NCBI GenBank assembly: GCA_965116155.1
Contig: OZ220488.1
Coordinates: 977,103 to 1,041,102 of the forward strand
Source of the DNA: Bdellovibrionales bacterium
GTDB taxonomy: Bacteria > Bdellovibrionota > Bdellovibrionia > Bdellovibrionales > UBA1609
Length of the DNA stretch: 64,000 nt
Direction: 5' to 3'
Made by a program: the position numbers and the translations under genes
Shown here: positions 36,691 to 45,394 of the stretch, piece by piece
Position numbering within the stretch: the first letter of the stretch is position 1
How the letters are laid out: every line of letters begins with the position of its first letter
Notes under the pieces: generated by a model
What the model was told of the DNA's origin: nothing
Databases searched by the model: none
Seen by the model: only the letters and a program-made list of their open reading frames with translations

Positions 36691-38458
36691 TTGCTGCACA
36701 TTGGTACTTAAATTTGTACTGGCCACTGTCTAGAGGGCCAGAGCATGTGGTGGCACCATTAGACTCTACACATTTTTTGCAGTCCACTTTTAGATTATCG
36801 ATAAGCGTACATTGGGGCTGGGGCGACAAAGGCTGGTCCGATGCATCCAAAACCTCAACCAACCTATGCCCAGCATTTCGCGCATCATAAGGATCAGCGT
36901 TTTTGTAGTTTAAAGGCTGACACTCTAGCTCCACCTGCATCACCATGCGACGCGCTTTGCCTGCCACCTCTTGCAAAACAGAGGCATAAGTATCCATAAT
37001 TTCCACATCACCAAACAAGCCGCCTGTTAATTGGGTCATAACCTGGTAGCGCCCGTCTCTTCTGTTGTCTTCGCGCTTATTTAAAATGCTATGCCACACG
37101 AAAGACGCCTGAGGAAAAATTGACACCGCAGCGTCTCGTACCTCTGCAGAAGTTAAGTGTGTGAGCGGTTGTTTTAGTTTTTGCTGCTCTTTTTTTGTCT
37201 CCCAAATATATTCATCACCCTCATCTGTAAGCAACACCACAACCAAGTGGCGCAGATTTTGAAAAAACCAAAGCCCACTGCTATCGAGTATTGCCTGCTT
37301 AGTTTTGTTATTATCGTACGCGCGGATAAGTTTTAAAAAACTCGCTAGCGCACTTTCAATAGGCGACCCCTGCTCCATACACAAGAGCGTTTGCTTGAGA
37401 GAGTTTTTGGCACTTAAAAAATTCGCAGCATCGTTTCTATTAGCTTGTTCTCCATCCAGCAAGGGCGCACGATCTAAAACAAAACGGCCCTTGTTACTTG
37501 GAGGCTCTCTAAAGTTTTGGCAAGCTGGCCCGCCCCTTTGTGTAAACGCATTGCCCAGAGGATCCACCAAGGCTCTAAAAGGTTGCCCCACACCCTCTTG
37601 TGAAACCCTATAATAATCCGTAGTAGTAACCGCGACCCTATACTTTAAACCCTGCATAGCCTTTAATAACCTTGGCACACCCCGCTTAGCCAGCGCATCC
37701 TGTTTGTCCTCCATAGATTCTGAGTTATCTACCATCAAAAGCAGGCCCACGCGCTCAAGCTCGGTGCTACTATTAGCCGTAATTTGCTTATCTGTACGCC
37801 CGCAGTCCACACCGTAACACCAGCTGTGGTCTTGCACGGGGCTTGTGTTGCCCGCGACATCTGTAGCCTTAACCTCAAACTTATACGCTCCGCCAGTGGT
37901 ATGCGAAAAACTATACGGACTGGTGCATGCAACAAAATCCTCGCCATCTAAAGCCTCTACTGTAGCCGCGCGGCATAGTACTGTTGCAATACCCGAGCCA
38001 TCTGCATCATCCACTACAAAATGCACCTCTGCTGTGGGTGCTTGTGTAACACTCGCAACACTTTGTTCGACTGTAATAGTCACAACAGGCGCTGTAGAAT
38101 CCACTGTGGCAGGTGGCGTTTGAGCAGGCGGGATTTTCTTAGGGGGTGTTTTGCCAGAGAGCGGATTTGCTGGTGGTGTTTTAGAGGGAGATTTTTTTGA
38201 GGCCGGCCTTTTTTGTGGAGGATTTGCAACAAACTTTACATCTTCACAAGAGTTATAAAAAAATGGCAAAGCTAAAAACGCAGCAGCCAGTAATGCTAAA
38301 AAAAGCCTTGAGCCCCAAAAGGCTGCTTCTTTGGGGGTTTTGTTTTTTGCACGTTTGTTTGTCTTTTTGTGATTAAAGGGTGCCGCTTTTGAGGCTTTAT
38401 GCTTTTTTGCCTTGCTGCGCCGTACAGCTTTTTTTGACCTATAATTTTTTTGACTCAT
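36686..38458 (-). CDS. membrane-anchored surface protein with Ig-like and VWA-like domains
   Basis: Poly-basic N-terminal tail, a TM segment, and a conserved LALPFFYNSCED segment. Ig-like segment (DSTAPVVTI...KFEVKATDVAGN). VWA-like segment with a DxSxS-type VDNSES motif. Paralog of 47247-49421. Confidence 0.6.
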   Translation of the reverse strand: MSQKNYRSKKAVRRSKAKKHKASKAAPFNHKKTNKRAKNKTPKEAAFWGSRLFLALLAAAFLALPFFYNSCEDVKFVANPPQKRPASKKSPSKTPPANPLSGKTPPKKIPPAQTPPATVDSTAPVVTITVEQSVASVTQAPTAEVHFVVDDADGSGIATVLCRAATVEALDGEDFVACTSPYSFSHTTGGAYKFEVKATDVAGNTSPVQDHSWCYGVDCGRTDKQITANSSTELERVGLLLMVDNSESMEDKQDALAKRGVPRLLKAMQGLKYRVAVTTTDYYRVSQEGVGQPFRALVDPLGNAFTQRGGPACQNFREPPSNKGRFVLDRAPLLDGEQANRNDAANFLSAKNSLKQTLLCMEQGSPIESALASFLKLIRAYDNNKTKQAILDSSGLWFFQNLRHLVVVLLTDEGDEYIWETKKEQQKLKQPLTHLTSAEVRDAAVSIFPQASFVWHSILNKREDNRRDGRYQVMTQLTGGLFGDVEIMDTYASVLQEVAGKARRMVMQVELECQPLNYKNADPYDARNAGHRLVEVLDASDQPLSPQPQCTLIDNLKVDCKKCVESNGATTCSGPLDSGQYKFKYQCAAI

Positions 38459-38490
38459 TTAGAAACATATCGGCAAAATTACACTATAAC

Positions 38491-38582
38491 TAAAGACTAG
38501 CCACAACACCTTGAGTATGAAGCGCAGCCTGGTAAAGCGCCTTCAGGTGCTTCATGCAAGAGACGTTTTGGCTAGTCTTTAA
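38491..38582. repeat. Compact complete repeat element (92 bp), TAAAGACTAGCC...GGCTAGTCTTTA
   Basis: Near-perfect long palindrome, TAAAGACTAGCCACAACACCTTGAGTATGAAGCGCAGCC...GGTGCTTCATGCAAGAGACGTTTTGGCTAGTCTTTA. Followed by a solo CTAGCGCTCTAA at 38588-38599. Confidence 0.85.
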
Positions 38583-38600
38583 CTTAACTAGCGCTCTAAA

Positions 38601-38643
38601 TTGCGACAATCTTACGACAAACTTGCGACAAAAAATGTCGTAA
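38601..38643. promoter_or_regulatory. Phased 9-mer array TTGCGACAA / TTACGACAA / TTGCGACAA plus inverted TGTCGTAA, about 90 bp upstream of fic
   Basis: Direct copies start at 38601, 38612 and 38623, an exact 11-bp spacing. The inverted partner is at 38636-38643. Candidate operator or iteron-like site. The function is inferred only. Confidence 0.4.
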
Positions 38644-38730
38644 CAGGCAGTATAAGATACTAAAAATACGAGATTTGGTGCTAGCATTACATGCGTGTAA
38701 GGTAGCGGTTTTCACCCCGCATATAAAGTT

Positions 38731-39831
38731 ATGAAAAAACCATTCGACCCCCAATTTAACATAAGTCCCCAGCTGCTAAAGTATTTAATGCAAATCGAAA
38801 AAGCCAGGGGCTTTTTAGAAGCAGCTAACCTATCGCCAAAATGGCTCAAGCAAATGAGCCAAAACGCTCTGCTGCTAGAAACACACCATACAACGCACAT
38901 AGAAGGCACTGAGCTGACTTTGGAACAATCTAAAAAGATACTATCCGGCAAAAAAATACCTGGCGTCAGTGAGCACGATATAAAAGAAGTTAAAAACTAT
39001 AGAGACGCTTTTGGAGTTTTGTCTGATTATTTAAAAACAAACACTAATATTAGCGAAGCCTTGATTAAATCAGTGCACAAAGAACTAGTTAAGGGCGTGC
39101 GCGGAGGCCAGGCCAAACCGGGTAAATATAGAGACATACAAAACTATGTAGGCAACTCGGTTACAAAAAAAATTATCTACATGCCCCCCAAGCCAGCTGC
39201 AGTACCTGCTCTTATGAAAAACTTTGTAGCTTGGGCCAACCAAGAGTCAGACCTACACCCTGTTATAAAAAGTGGCATCATTCAGTTTCAATTTGTACAT
39301 ATTCATCCTTTTGTTGATGGCAATGCACGGACATCTAGGCTGCTGTGTGCGTTTTACCTGTATAAGTCAGATTATGATTTTAAAAGGCTTTTTTCTATTA
39401 GTGAGTATTATGACAAGGACAGGGTTAATTTTTATAATGCTATTCAGTCCGTAAGAGAAAACAACATGGATATGACACCATGGCTAGAGTATTTTGCCAA
39501 AGGACTTTTGTTTCAAATGACTAGCGTTATAGATATAGGAAAAAAAGTAATTCTGAAAGATGCTCTAAAACAAAACCGCAACCTTTCAAATAGGCAAACT
39601 CTAATTTTAGAGCACATTCTTGAAAACGGAACACTAAAACCACAAGATTTTAAAACCTTATGCAATAAAATAGAAAAAACAAAAAACACCCCTAATAAGC
39701 CCATTAACATAAGAACATTGCAAAGAGACATAAAGGACTTAATAGATAAAAAAATCATAATATCTTACGGCGCCACCAGCAAAAGGTCTTATAGCTTAAA
39801 ACCGAGTTGGCTTAAGGGGCCTTCTAAGTGA
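38731..39831 (+). CDS. fic: Fic-family protein (class II, N-terminal inhibitory motif) with C-terminal winged-helix-like region
   Basis: Fic motif HPFVDGNARTSR (Ala where the canonical motif has the second Gly). N-terminal TTHIEG fits the (S/T)xxxE(G/N) auto-inhibition motif. AT-rich relative to neighbours by eye. Confidence 0.85.
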   Translation: MKKPFDPQFNISPQLLKYLMQIEKARGFLEAANLSPKWLKQMSQNALLLETHHTTHIEGTELTLEQSKKILSGKKIPGVSEHDIKEVKNYRDAFGVLSDYLKTNTNISEALIKSVHKELVKGVRGGQAKPGKYRDIQNYVGNSVTKKIIYMPPKPAAVPALMKNFVAWANQESDLHPVIKSGIIQFQFVHIHPFVDGNARTSRLLCAFYLYKSDYDFKRLFSISEYYDKDRVNFYNAIQSVRENNMDMTPWLEYFAKGLLFQMTSVIDIGKKVILKDALKQNRNLSNRQTLILEHILENGTLKPQDFKTLCNKIEKTKNTPNKPINIRTLQRDIKDLIDKKIIISYGATSKRSYSLKPSWLKGPSK

Positions 39832-39843
39832 GACCCGATTTTA

Positions 39844-40000
39844 TTTTGCAACCTATACAGCTTACGCCCAATTAAAGCGCTAGCAAAAACTCTTTAAGCA
39901 GTAAGTGCAGTCCCCTTGGCCCCCATAAGAGGGCAGTTAAGGGGACGAAACGAAGGCCTTAAAGAGTTTTTGCGACCTATACAGCTATCAACGCGCCGGT
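39844..40000. repeat. Mosaic hairpin-repeat array, left part (interrupted by the IS3 element)
   Basis: TTAAAGCGCTAGCAAAAACTCTTTAAG...CTTAAAGAGTTTTTGC hairpin, then GACCTATACAGCTATCAACGCGCCGGT. The uninterrupted continuation ...CGCGCCGGTAGCTTTGGG is seen at 63528-63547. Confidence 0.8.
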
Positions 40001-40068
40001 TGGACTTCCCCAAATTTCATGGACACTTTTTATCGCTTGAGCGAAGGTGTATGACCCTTCCTTAAAGT

Positions 40069-40953
40069 TTAGACAGATTTCAGAGTTAGTTTTGGCCTTA
40101 CTCTGGCTCTGTTTTTCCCTAGAAAGCTGTTAATAAAGGCTTCTGGGGTAGAGTTACCGAGCGATGAGTGCGGCCTACATTTGTTATAGTCTTTTCTCCA
40201 CGTTTCCACAATAGATCTAGCATCATCCAAGCTTGAAAAGCAATTTCCCCTAAGGCACTCGTCTCGCATTTTTCCATTAAAACTCTCTATAAATCCATTT
40301 TGACTCGGCTTTCCTGGCTCAATATAACTGAGCTCAACCTTATTCTCAAAGGCCCATTGATCAAAGTTTTTACTTGTAAACTCTGTCCCATTATCCACCC
40401 GTATAAACTCAGGCACAGGATAATAGCGCCTCTTGGAATTTAAAAAACCCACCAGCTTCCTTGAATCAATTGCGTAGTCAACAAAAGAACCTATGCATTT
40501 TCTCGAAAAAATATCCAATACATTCAGTATACGAATTTTCTTTCCATCGCGAAGCCTGTCTTGCATAAAGTCCATTGCCCAAACCTGATGAGGACGCTCC
40601 GCAAGTGGCAGAGTATGCCGTATATGCTTCGCCCTTTTCTTTTTGTTCTTTCTACGAAGCTGAAGCCCTGCCGAAACATAGTAACGATAAAGAGTATTCC
40701 TAGCCACCTTCACTCCCTCTCGCATTAAAAGCACGTGCAAACGCTCATAGCCAAATCTCGGCCGATCCCCAGAAAGCTCTATAAGACGCTTCATAATCAC
40801 TTCCCTTTTAGACCTCTGCCTATGCCTCTTCTTATAATAAAAAGACGCCCTGTTGAGCCCTAAGACCTTGCAAACCCTTTTGACTGAAACTTTATACCTA
40901 GATATTAAAACTTTAGCCGCATTGGTACGAATGCAAGGTCTTAGAACTTTTTT
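40069..40953 (-). CDS. IS3 transposase OrfB (DDE catalytic part, expressed as OrfAB by -1 frameshift)
   Basis: The -1 frame is open from the heptamer A_AAA_AAG at 40947-40953. DDE region: WAMDFMQD ... [10 protein letters not shown] ... [17 protein letters not shown]. Confidence 0.85.
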   Translation of the reverse strand, partial: KKVLRPCIRTNAAKVLISRYKVSVKRVCKVLGLNRASFYYKKRHRQRSKREVIMKRLIELSGDRPRFGYERLHVLLMREGVKVARNTLYRYYVSAGLQLRRKNKKKRAKHIRHTLPLAERPHQVWAMDFMQDRLRDGKKIRILNVLDIFSRKCIGSFVDYAIDSRKLVGFLNSKRRYYPVPEFIRVDNGTEFTSKNFDQWAFENKVELSYIEPGKPSQNGFIESFNGKMRDECLRGNCFSSLDDARSIVETWRKDYNKCRPHSSLGNSTPEAFINSFLGKNRARVRPKLTLKSV

Positions 40954-41210
40954 TCAAGAACATCCTGCAGCATCTGCTTGTCTAAAGTCAGATTAGCAAC
41001 AATTTTCTTCAACCTTGAATTCTCATCCCTCAAACTCCTTAGCTCTTTTATTTCACTCACATCCATACCAGAATAAAGCTTTTTCCAGCGATACAATGTA
41101 GTCTCTGTAACCTCAAGCCTCCTGCATAGATCTTTGCCCGAAATCCCGTTCTCCAATTGCTTCAAGGCACATATAATCTGACCATCACTAAACTTTCTGC
41201 CTCTTGCCAT
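40941..41210 (-). CDS. IS3 transposase OrfA (HTH)
   Basis: 89 aa with a helix-turn-helix region and a leucine-zipper-like C-terminus. The frame ends just after the slippery site at 40947-40953. Confidence 0.85.
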   Translation of the reverse strand: MARGRKFSDGQIICALKQLENGISGKDLCRRLEVTETTLYRWKKLYSGMDVSEIKELRSLRDENSRLKKIVANLTLDKQMLQDVLEKKF

Positions 41211-41272
41211 ACATCCCTCCTAAAATACGAACCCACTAACATTATCAAGTCCAGATTTTTAAGAGAAGGTCA

Positions 41273-41380
41273 GGTAGCTTTGGGCGGTCAGTAGGCCCAA
41301 AGCGTTCAGACTCTCTTTAAAAGCACTGAGGCTGTTCCAGGAGCGCCGCTTAGTCCCAGAAAATTCTGCTAGCGCTCTAA
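41273..41380. repeat. Mosaic hairpin-repeat array, right part
   Basis: GGTAGCTTTGGGCGGTCAGTAGGCCCAAAGCG...CCCAGAAAATTCTGCTAGCGCTCTAA, homologous to 61212-61320 and 63534-63643. The terminal CTA is the htrA stop. Confidence 0.85.
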
Positions 41381-42987
41381 CTTTCTAGAAAAACGGGGTA
41401 GCGGCGGTGTTGGCGCTGAATTAATAGCACGTTTACTTGCCCCTTTTTTAACCCACGAGCCACGTTTTTAGGAGACAGGGTTTTCTTTTTGTTTACCTGT
41501 AAAATAACATCCCCCGACTGCAGGCCCGCACGCGCTGCGGGCGAATTGGCATAAACCTGCACCACCACTACACCCACATTAGGCACGGTGTCCGGCAAGT
41601 TAAACTTGCTCTTTAAACGCGAATTTAAAGCCGACATCAAAAACCCAAAGTTATGCGGCGCTGGCTGCCCCTTTTCGCCCGTGCCTTTACGATAAAGCCG
41701 ATCCACCTTTTCGTCCCTTGGGTCTTTAACCAAAACCACACTCAACTCTAACTCCTTAGGAGCCGCTCCCTGCGAGTGTGGACGCAAAACCTTGAGTGAC
41801 AATTTTTTATCCACCGGACTGTCTTGCACCACATTGCGTAAGTCCATAAAGCTTTTAACAGCTTTGCCACCTAGCTCCACAATCAAATCGTATGTGCTCA
41901 CCCCAGCTCGAGCCGCTGGGCTGTCCGCCTGCACTTGCGTAATAAAAGCCCCCCTAACCACCGACCCACGGCCATCTTTAAAACCAAAATACTGCGCAGC
42001 CTGCAAATTTAGGTCCTGACCCCCCACGCCTAACCAAGCGCGTATGATCTTGCCATACCTTTTTAAGGCCGGCAAAATCTCTCTTACCTCATCAATAGGT
42101 ATGGCATAACCTATGCCCTGAGCGGCCGCGTTAATGGCAGTGTTAACACCCACAGCCTCGCCGTTTAAATTTAAAAGCGGCCCCCCAGAGTTACCAGGAT
42201 TAATGCTCGCGTCTGTCTGTATAAAAGGTATAGAGTTCAGCTGCTCGATCTTCCTGCCAATATAAGACACCACACCCACAGTGACCGTATTGCTTTGTCC
42301 CAAAGGGTTCCCTATAGCCGCTACCCATTCTCCCACCTCTAGGTTAGAGCTTTTGCCCAAAACCACCGTGGGCAATTTGCGATCCACATTAACCTTAATC
42401 AAAGCAATGTCCGTGCGGGCATCTTGACCCACTACATCGGCTTTGTAAGTTTTTGTATCCCCCATAAATTGCACCAAAATACTACTGCCACGACCCATAA
42501 TCACATGGTTGTTGGTAATAATGTGCCCGTCAGACCCTATGACAAAGCCCGAGCCATTGCCCAAAACCCTGCCAGGCGGCGCCGACTGTGCAGGGCGCAC
42601 GTCACCCGCGGCAGGAGGCGCACTCATAGGGCGCAAGTGCTTAAAAAGTTCCTGAAAAGGATCTAAATGAAAAAACGGATGCGTCTGCGGCCCAGGGTGC
42701 GGGCTAAAAAACGGATTCCCCGGTCTAACGCCAGGTGCACCACTACTATCGGTTAAAGTAATACTCACAACCGCAGGGTTTGCCTTGCGTGCCAGGCGTA
42801 TAAATTGATCCGACGCAATGGGATCGCCTTTTTTAACCCGCTTAAAATCCGGGCGCGCTCCCACCAAGGGCACCCAAGAGCCCCCAAAAGCAAGCGCCAA
42901 AACAAAGCCCAGCCCCACAAGCCCAAAAGAGAGGGCCGCTTTTTTTAGCTTATAAAGCGCTAGCCACAATTTAACCTGTGCCTTCAA
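41377..42987 (-). CDS. htrA: periplasmic serine endoprotease DegP/HtrA family with two PDZ domains
   Basis: Catalytic motifs (ITNNHV, TDIALIK, GNSGGPL) followed by two PDZ-like segments. Confidence 0.85.
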   Translation of the reverse strand: MKAQVKLWLALYKLKKAALSFGLVGLGFVLALAFGGSWVPLVGARPDFKRVKKGDPIASDQFIRLARKANPAVVSITLTDSSGAPGVRPGNPFFSPHPGPQTHPFFHLDPFQELFKHLRPMSAPPAAGDVRPAQSAPPGRVLGNGSGFVIGSDGHIITNNHVIMGRGSSILVQFMGDTKTYKADVVGQDARTDIALIKVNVDRKLPTVVLGKSSNLEVGEWVAAIGNPLGQSNTVTVGVVSYIGRKIEQLNSIPFIQTDASINPGNSGGPLLNLNGEAVGVNTAINAAAQGIGYAIPIDEVREILPALKRYGKIIRAWLGVGGQDLNLQAAQYFGFKDGRGSVVRGAFITQVQADSPAARAGVSTYDLIVELGGKAVKSFMDLRNVVQDSPVDKKLSLKVLRPHSQGAAPKELELSVVLVKDPRDEKVDRLYRKGTGEKGQPAPHNFGFLMSALNSRLKSKFNLPDTVPNVGVVVVQVYANSPAARAGLQSGDVILQVNKKKTLSPKNVARGLKKGQVNVLLIQRQHRRYPVFLES

Positions 42988-42999
42988 ATGCCCCTCCTC

Positions 43000-43437
43000 C
43001 TACGCCTTGTCTGCCGCCCCATTAAGCGACTCCTTGGCCGCCTTTGCGTCTGCTGCTTTTTGTTTTTCTGCCACAAATTTAATCTGTAAATCTTGCACAA
43101 CCTTAGACAAAAACTCATTCTCCCCCGCGTCTAGGTTGCCTTTGGTTTTGTCTTGCAACATTAGCAGCAGATCAATATTAAACCTAGCCGTGTTGAGATC
43201 TACTTTTTTCTCATTAGTACCAGGGTGCGGCACCAGGCCCATAAAAACAGTGGCCGAGCTCGCAATCGACACCACCAAGGCATTAAAATTAGCCTTGCCC
43301 AAAACGGCAGCCCTATCAGGCGCACGCGGCGCCTCGTTTTTAGCCGCTGCGGGCTTTTCTTCTGGCGACACTTCCAAAACCTCCTCCCAAAACAAACAGG
43401 CCATTTGTATCTTAGTTTCTAAGTTTGCGCAAGGCAC
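43000..43437 (-). CDS. DUF1844-like protein
   Basis: FNALVVSIASSATVFMGLVPHP...DLNTARFNIDLLLMLQDKTKGNL...FLSKVVQDLQIKF resembles DUF1844. The start is uncertain (GTG 43437 or ATG 43404). Confidence 0.55.
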   Translation of the reverse strand: MPCANLETKIQMACLFWEEVLEVSPEEKPAAAKNEAPRAPDRAAVLGKANFNALVVSIASSATVFMGLVPHPGTNEKKVDLNTARFNIDLLLMLQDKTKGNLDAGENEFLSKVVQDLQIKFVAEKQKAADAKAAKESLNGAADKA

Positions 43438-43488
43438 TTTGGTAATTCAGTTTCGACAAATAATGCAGCCATTTCAAGTGGTTATCCT

Positions 43489-43608
43489 GTCTCTGCCTTT
43501 TGACATCTGCCTTTTAATCAGATTAGACCGCACAAACTCTTGCGGGCAGGGGGCCACCACCTGAGCCCCTTTCAGGGGCGCTCGGAGGCATGTAACGCGG
43601 CGCATTAA
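43489..43608 (+). repeat. Direct repeat copy 1 flanking the AbiE cassette (120 bp, with a 14-bp internal duplication)
   Basis: GTCTCTGCCTTTT(GACATCTGCCTTTT)AATCAGATTAGACCGCACAAACTCTTGCGGGCAGGGGGCCACCACCTGAGCCCCTTTCAGGGGCGCTCGGAGGCATGTAACGCGGCGCATTAA. The terminal TTA is the abiEii stop. Confidence 0.9.
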
Positions 43609-44462
43609 TAGTGCTCTAGCATTTTGTTGATAGTCAAAATTGTATCTTGAAATGTCTTTGGCAGCTTGAGGTTTGTAGCCATTGGCCCCAAACCATTAAT
43701 ATGCCTTGACCACTGCCTCTCCAAATTTTTAAGTGCAACTTCAGAGTATTGTATTGGAAAATCCTTTTGAGTTTTGCGCCTTCTAAAGGTTTCCTCTATA
43801 GCTGTGAGTAGGGTTTTTTTATCTAAAAGCTCGCCCTTTTTTGTCAAAAGATAAAGATCATGGAAGTCCTTCATTCTACTATTTATGCCGCCTCTTATTA
43901 CAAGGGTTTGCAGTTTTTCTGCAAAAATATTTTCAACAGGATAACAATTGAGTTTGATTTTTTCTTCAAAAATAGGCTCATCTTTATATGCCAACAAGGG
44001 CATGGTAATAATTTTTGGATTTATTTTGTCTCCAACACCAAGATCCATTTGCAAATGATCTTTTATTGGCCACACACTGTGCCAAATGACTAAATTAACT
44101 CTGAAGCCATTACAAATCATATGATTATGCGCCAATATATCAACCTTATGAAGATCAAAACTAAACCCATCACCAACATCTATCGAACATATCTTTTTAA
44201 AAACAGACTCCAGTTTTTTAATTTCTAAATTGATATAGGTTAGTTCAAAATCTAAGTCCTTTGTTTCTCGACCAATGAAAATATAGTAATTTAATAGGTG
44301 ACCACCCTTGAGCAAAAACTGGCCTTTAAATTGAGACTTGGACAGTCTGACCAAAAACCTCTCAAGAAAACATTTTTTTAAAACCTCGTTAAATCTTTGG
44401 TTGTTTGAAGCTGCAATGTTTCTTATTTTATCTTTAAAGACTTGCTGAGAAATGTTCCTCAT
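43605..44462 (-). CDS. abiEii: AbiEii/AbiGii-family nucleotidyltransferase toxin (type IV TA)
   Basis: 285 aa. The N-terminal FLLKGG...D.DF-type nucleotidyltransferase pattern (FLLKGGHLLN...TKDLDFE) is typical of AbiEii. 4-nt overlap with the upstream antitoxin gene. AT-rich by eye. Confidence 0.75.
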   Translation of the reverse strand: MRNISQQVFKDKIRNIAASNNQRFNEVLKKCFLERFLVRLSKSQFKGQFLLKGGHLLNYYIFIGRETKDLDFELTYINLEIKKLESVFKKICSIDVGDGFSFDLHKVDILAHNHMICNGFRVNLVIWHSVWPIKDHLQMDLGVGDKINPKIITMPLLAYKDEPIFEEKIKLNCYPVENIFAEKLQTLVIRGGINSRMKDFHDLYLLTKKGELLDKKTLLTAIEETFRRRKTQKDFPIQYSEVALKNLERQWSRHINGLGPMATNLKLPKTFQDTILTINKMLEHY

Positions 44463-45070
44463 ATGGTTGTTGCCATTTCAATATACGGTGTTATGTTAAT
44501 ACGAAGCTTTCTTGAAAGTGTTTCTAGTTTGTTCATATCAATGTCTACCTTGGTTGAAGAAAAAGCAGACCTCAGTGCTTTAATAGCAGTTTCTAGACTG
44601 AGAAATTTAAAAGACTCTAGTATCACTCGCTCAACACAGTATATTGAAATAGAGACATCCCCAATATCTATGCTGCTTATACCAACACTATGATTGCGAG
44701 ACCGTATTATTTTAACACTCGCCCTTTTTTTAAGAGAGGTTGCATGAGGAACCGATATCCAGTGAAAACGAGGAATCTCTTCTGTCAGATTGTATAGCGC
44801 CAGTGCAGAAGTTCCTGTAACAACCGCGCTTGGTATTTCAAGCGCACAAAAGACTAGGTCTTCCCACTCAATACTAATCTGAGGCGGATGGCCCTTGGGG
44901 ATGTACAGACCTCGCCCGATCTTTTCAAGTGCGCCAAGTTTTTTATAATGGTATAGCAGGCTTGCGGAAAACCCGTTTTCTACAAAGTCAGCGGTGGTGA
45001 TAATCTTTTTTTGAAGAATACCTTTAACTGCATCTAGTTTAACGGTGTGAGATGCGCTGTTTTTGCCCAT
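44459..45070 (-). CDS. abiEi: AbiEi-family antitoxin / transcriptional regulator
   Basis: 203 aa with an N-terminal wHTH-like segment (ITTADFVENGFSASLLYHYKKLGALEKIGRGLY). The position and ATGA overlap with abiEii match the AbiE operon layout. Confidence 0.65.
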   Translation of the reverse strand: MGKNSASHTVKLDAVKGILQKKIITTADFVENGFSASLLYHYKKLGALEKIGRGLYIPKGHPPQISIEWEDLVFCALEIPSAVVTGTSALALYNLTEEIPRFHWISVPHATSLKKRASVKIIRSRNHSVGISSIDIGDVSISIYCVERVILESFKFLSLETAIKALRSAFSSTKVDIDMNKLETLSRKLRINITPYIEMATTI

Positions 45071-45077
45071 ATCCTAT

Positions 45078-45122
45078 CTTAATAAATAAACCCATTGCTG
45101 TCAAATGGGTTTATTTATTAAG
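45078..45122. promoter_or_regulatory. Perfect 19-bp inverted repeat (7-nt spacer) 8 nt upstream of the abiEi start
   Basis: CTTAATAAATAAACCCATT gctgtca AATGGGTTTATTTATTAAG. No adjacent U-tract on either strand, so an operator or 5'-UTR structure is more likely than a terminator. Confidence 0.45.
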
Positions 45123-45160
45123 CCCTGGGCCTGTGGCGCAGGGCCAAAGGGAGCATCACG

Positions 45161-45264
45161 GTCTCTGCCTTTTAATCAGATTAGACCGCACAAACTCTTG
45201 CGGGCAGGGGGCCACCACCTGAGCCCCTTTCAGGGCGCTCGGAGGCATTAACGCGGCGCATTAA
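45161..45264 (+). repeat. Direct repeat copy 2 flanking the AbiE cassette (104 bp)
   Basis: Same sequence as 43489-43608, minus the 14-bp internal duplication and two 1-nt indels. Confidence 0.9.
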
Positions 45265-45283
45265 AGTTTTGAAAAAATGCCCC

Positions 45284-45323
45284 CTTTTCTTTTCTTTTCT
45301 TTTCTTTTCTTTTCTTTTCTTTT
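45284..45323. repeat. Pentanucleotide microsatellite (CTTTT)8
   Basis: Eight perfect units, ending 72 nt upstream of the ATG of ankyrin gene 45395. Confidence 0.95.
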
Positions 45324-45394
45324 AAGAAAAGCGGAATTGGATCGGTTTTTTTAACAATTTTATTGATTCGCGCACCGCGCGAAGGGAGCTAAAA

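Larger units (their letters stand above)
40001..41272 (-). mobile_element. IS3-family insertion sequence (1272 bp) with 3-bp target duplication GGT
   Basis: Ends are TG...CA. Imperfect inverted repeats TGGACTTCCCCAAATTTCATGGAC / TGACCTTCTCTTAAAAATCTGGAC. GGT occurs at 39998-40000 and 41273-41275. orfA/orfB with an A_AAA_AAG slippery heptamer. Confidence 0.9.

Noticed and set aside
43489-45264. The AbiE cassette as an integron gene cassette, with the flanking repeat as attC.
   Set aside because: No intI integrase is present, and I could not fit the RYYYAAC/GTTRRRY core sites. The flanking sequence has the same hairpin style as the local repeat families.
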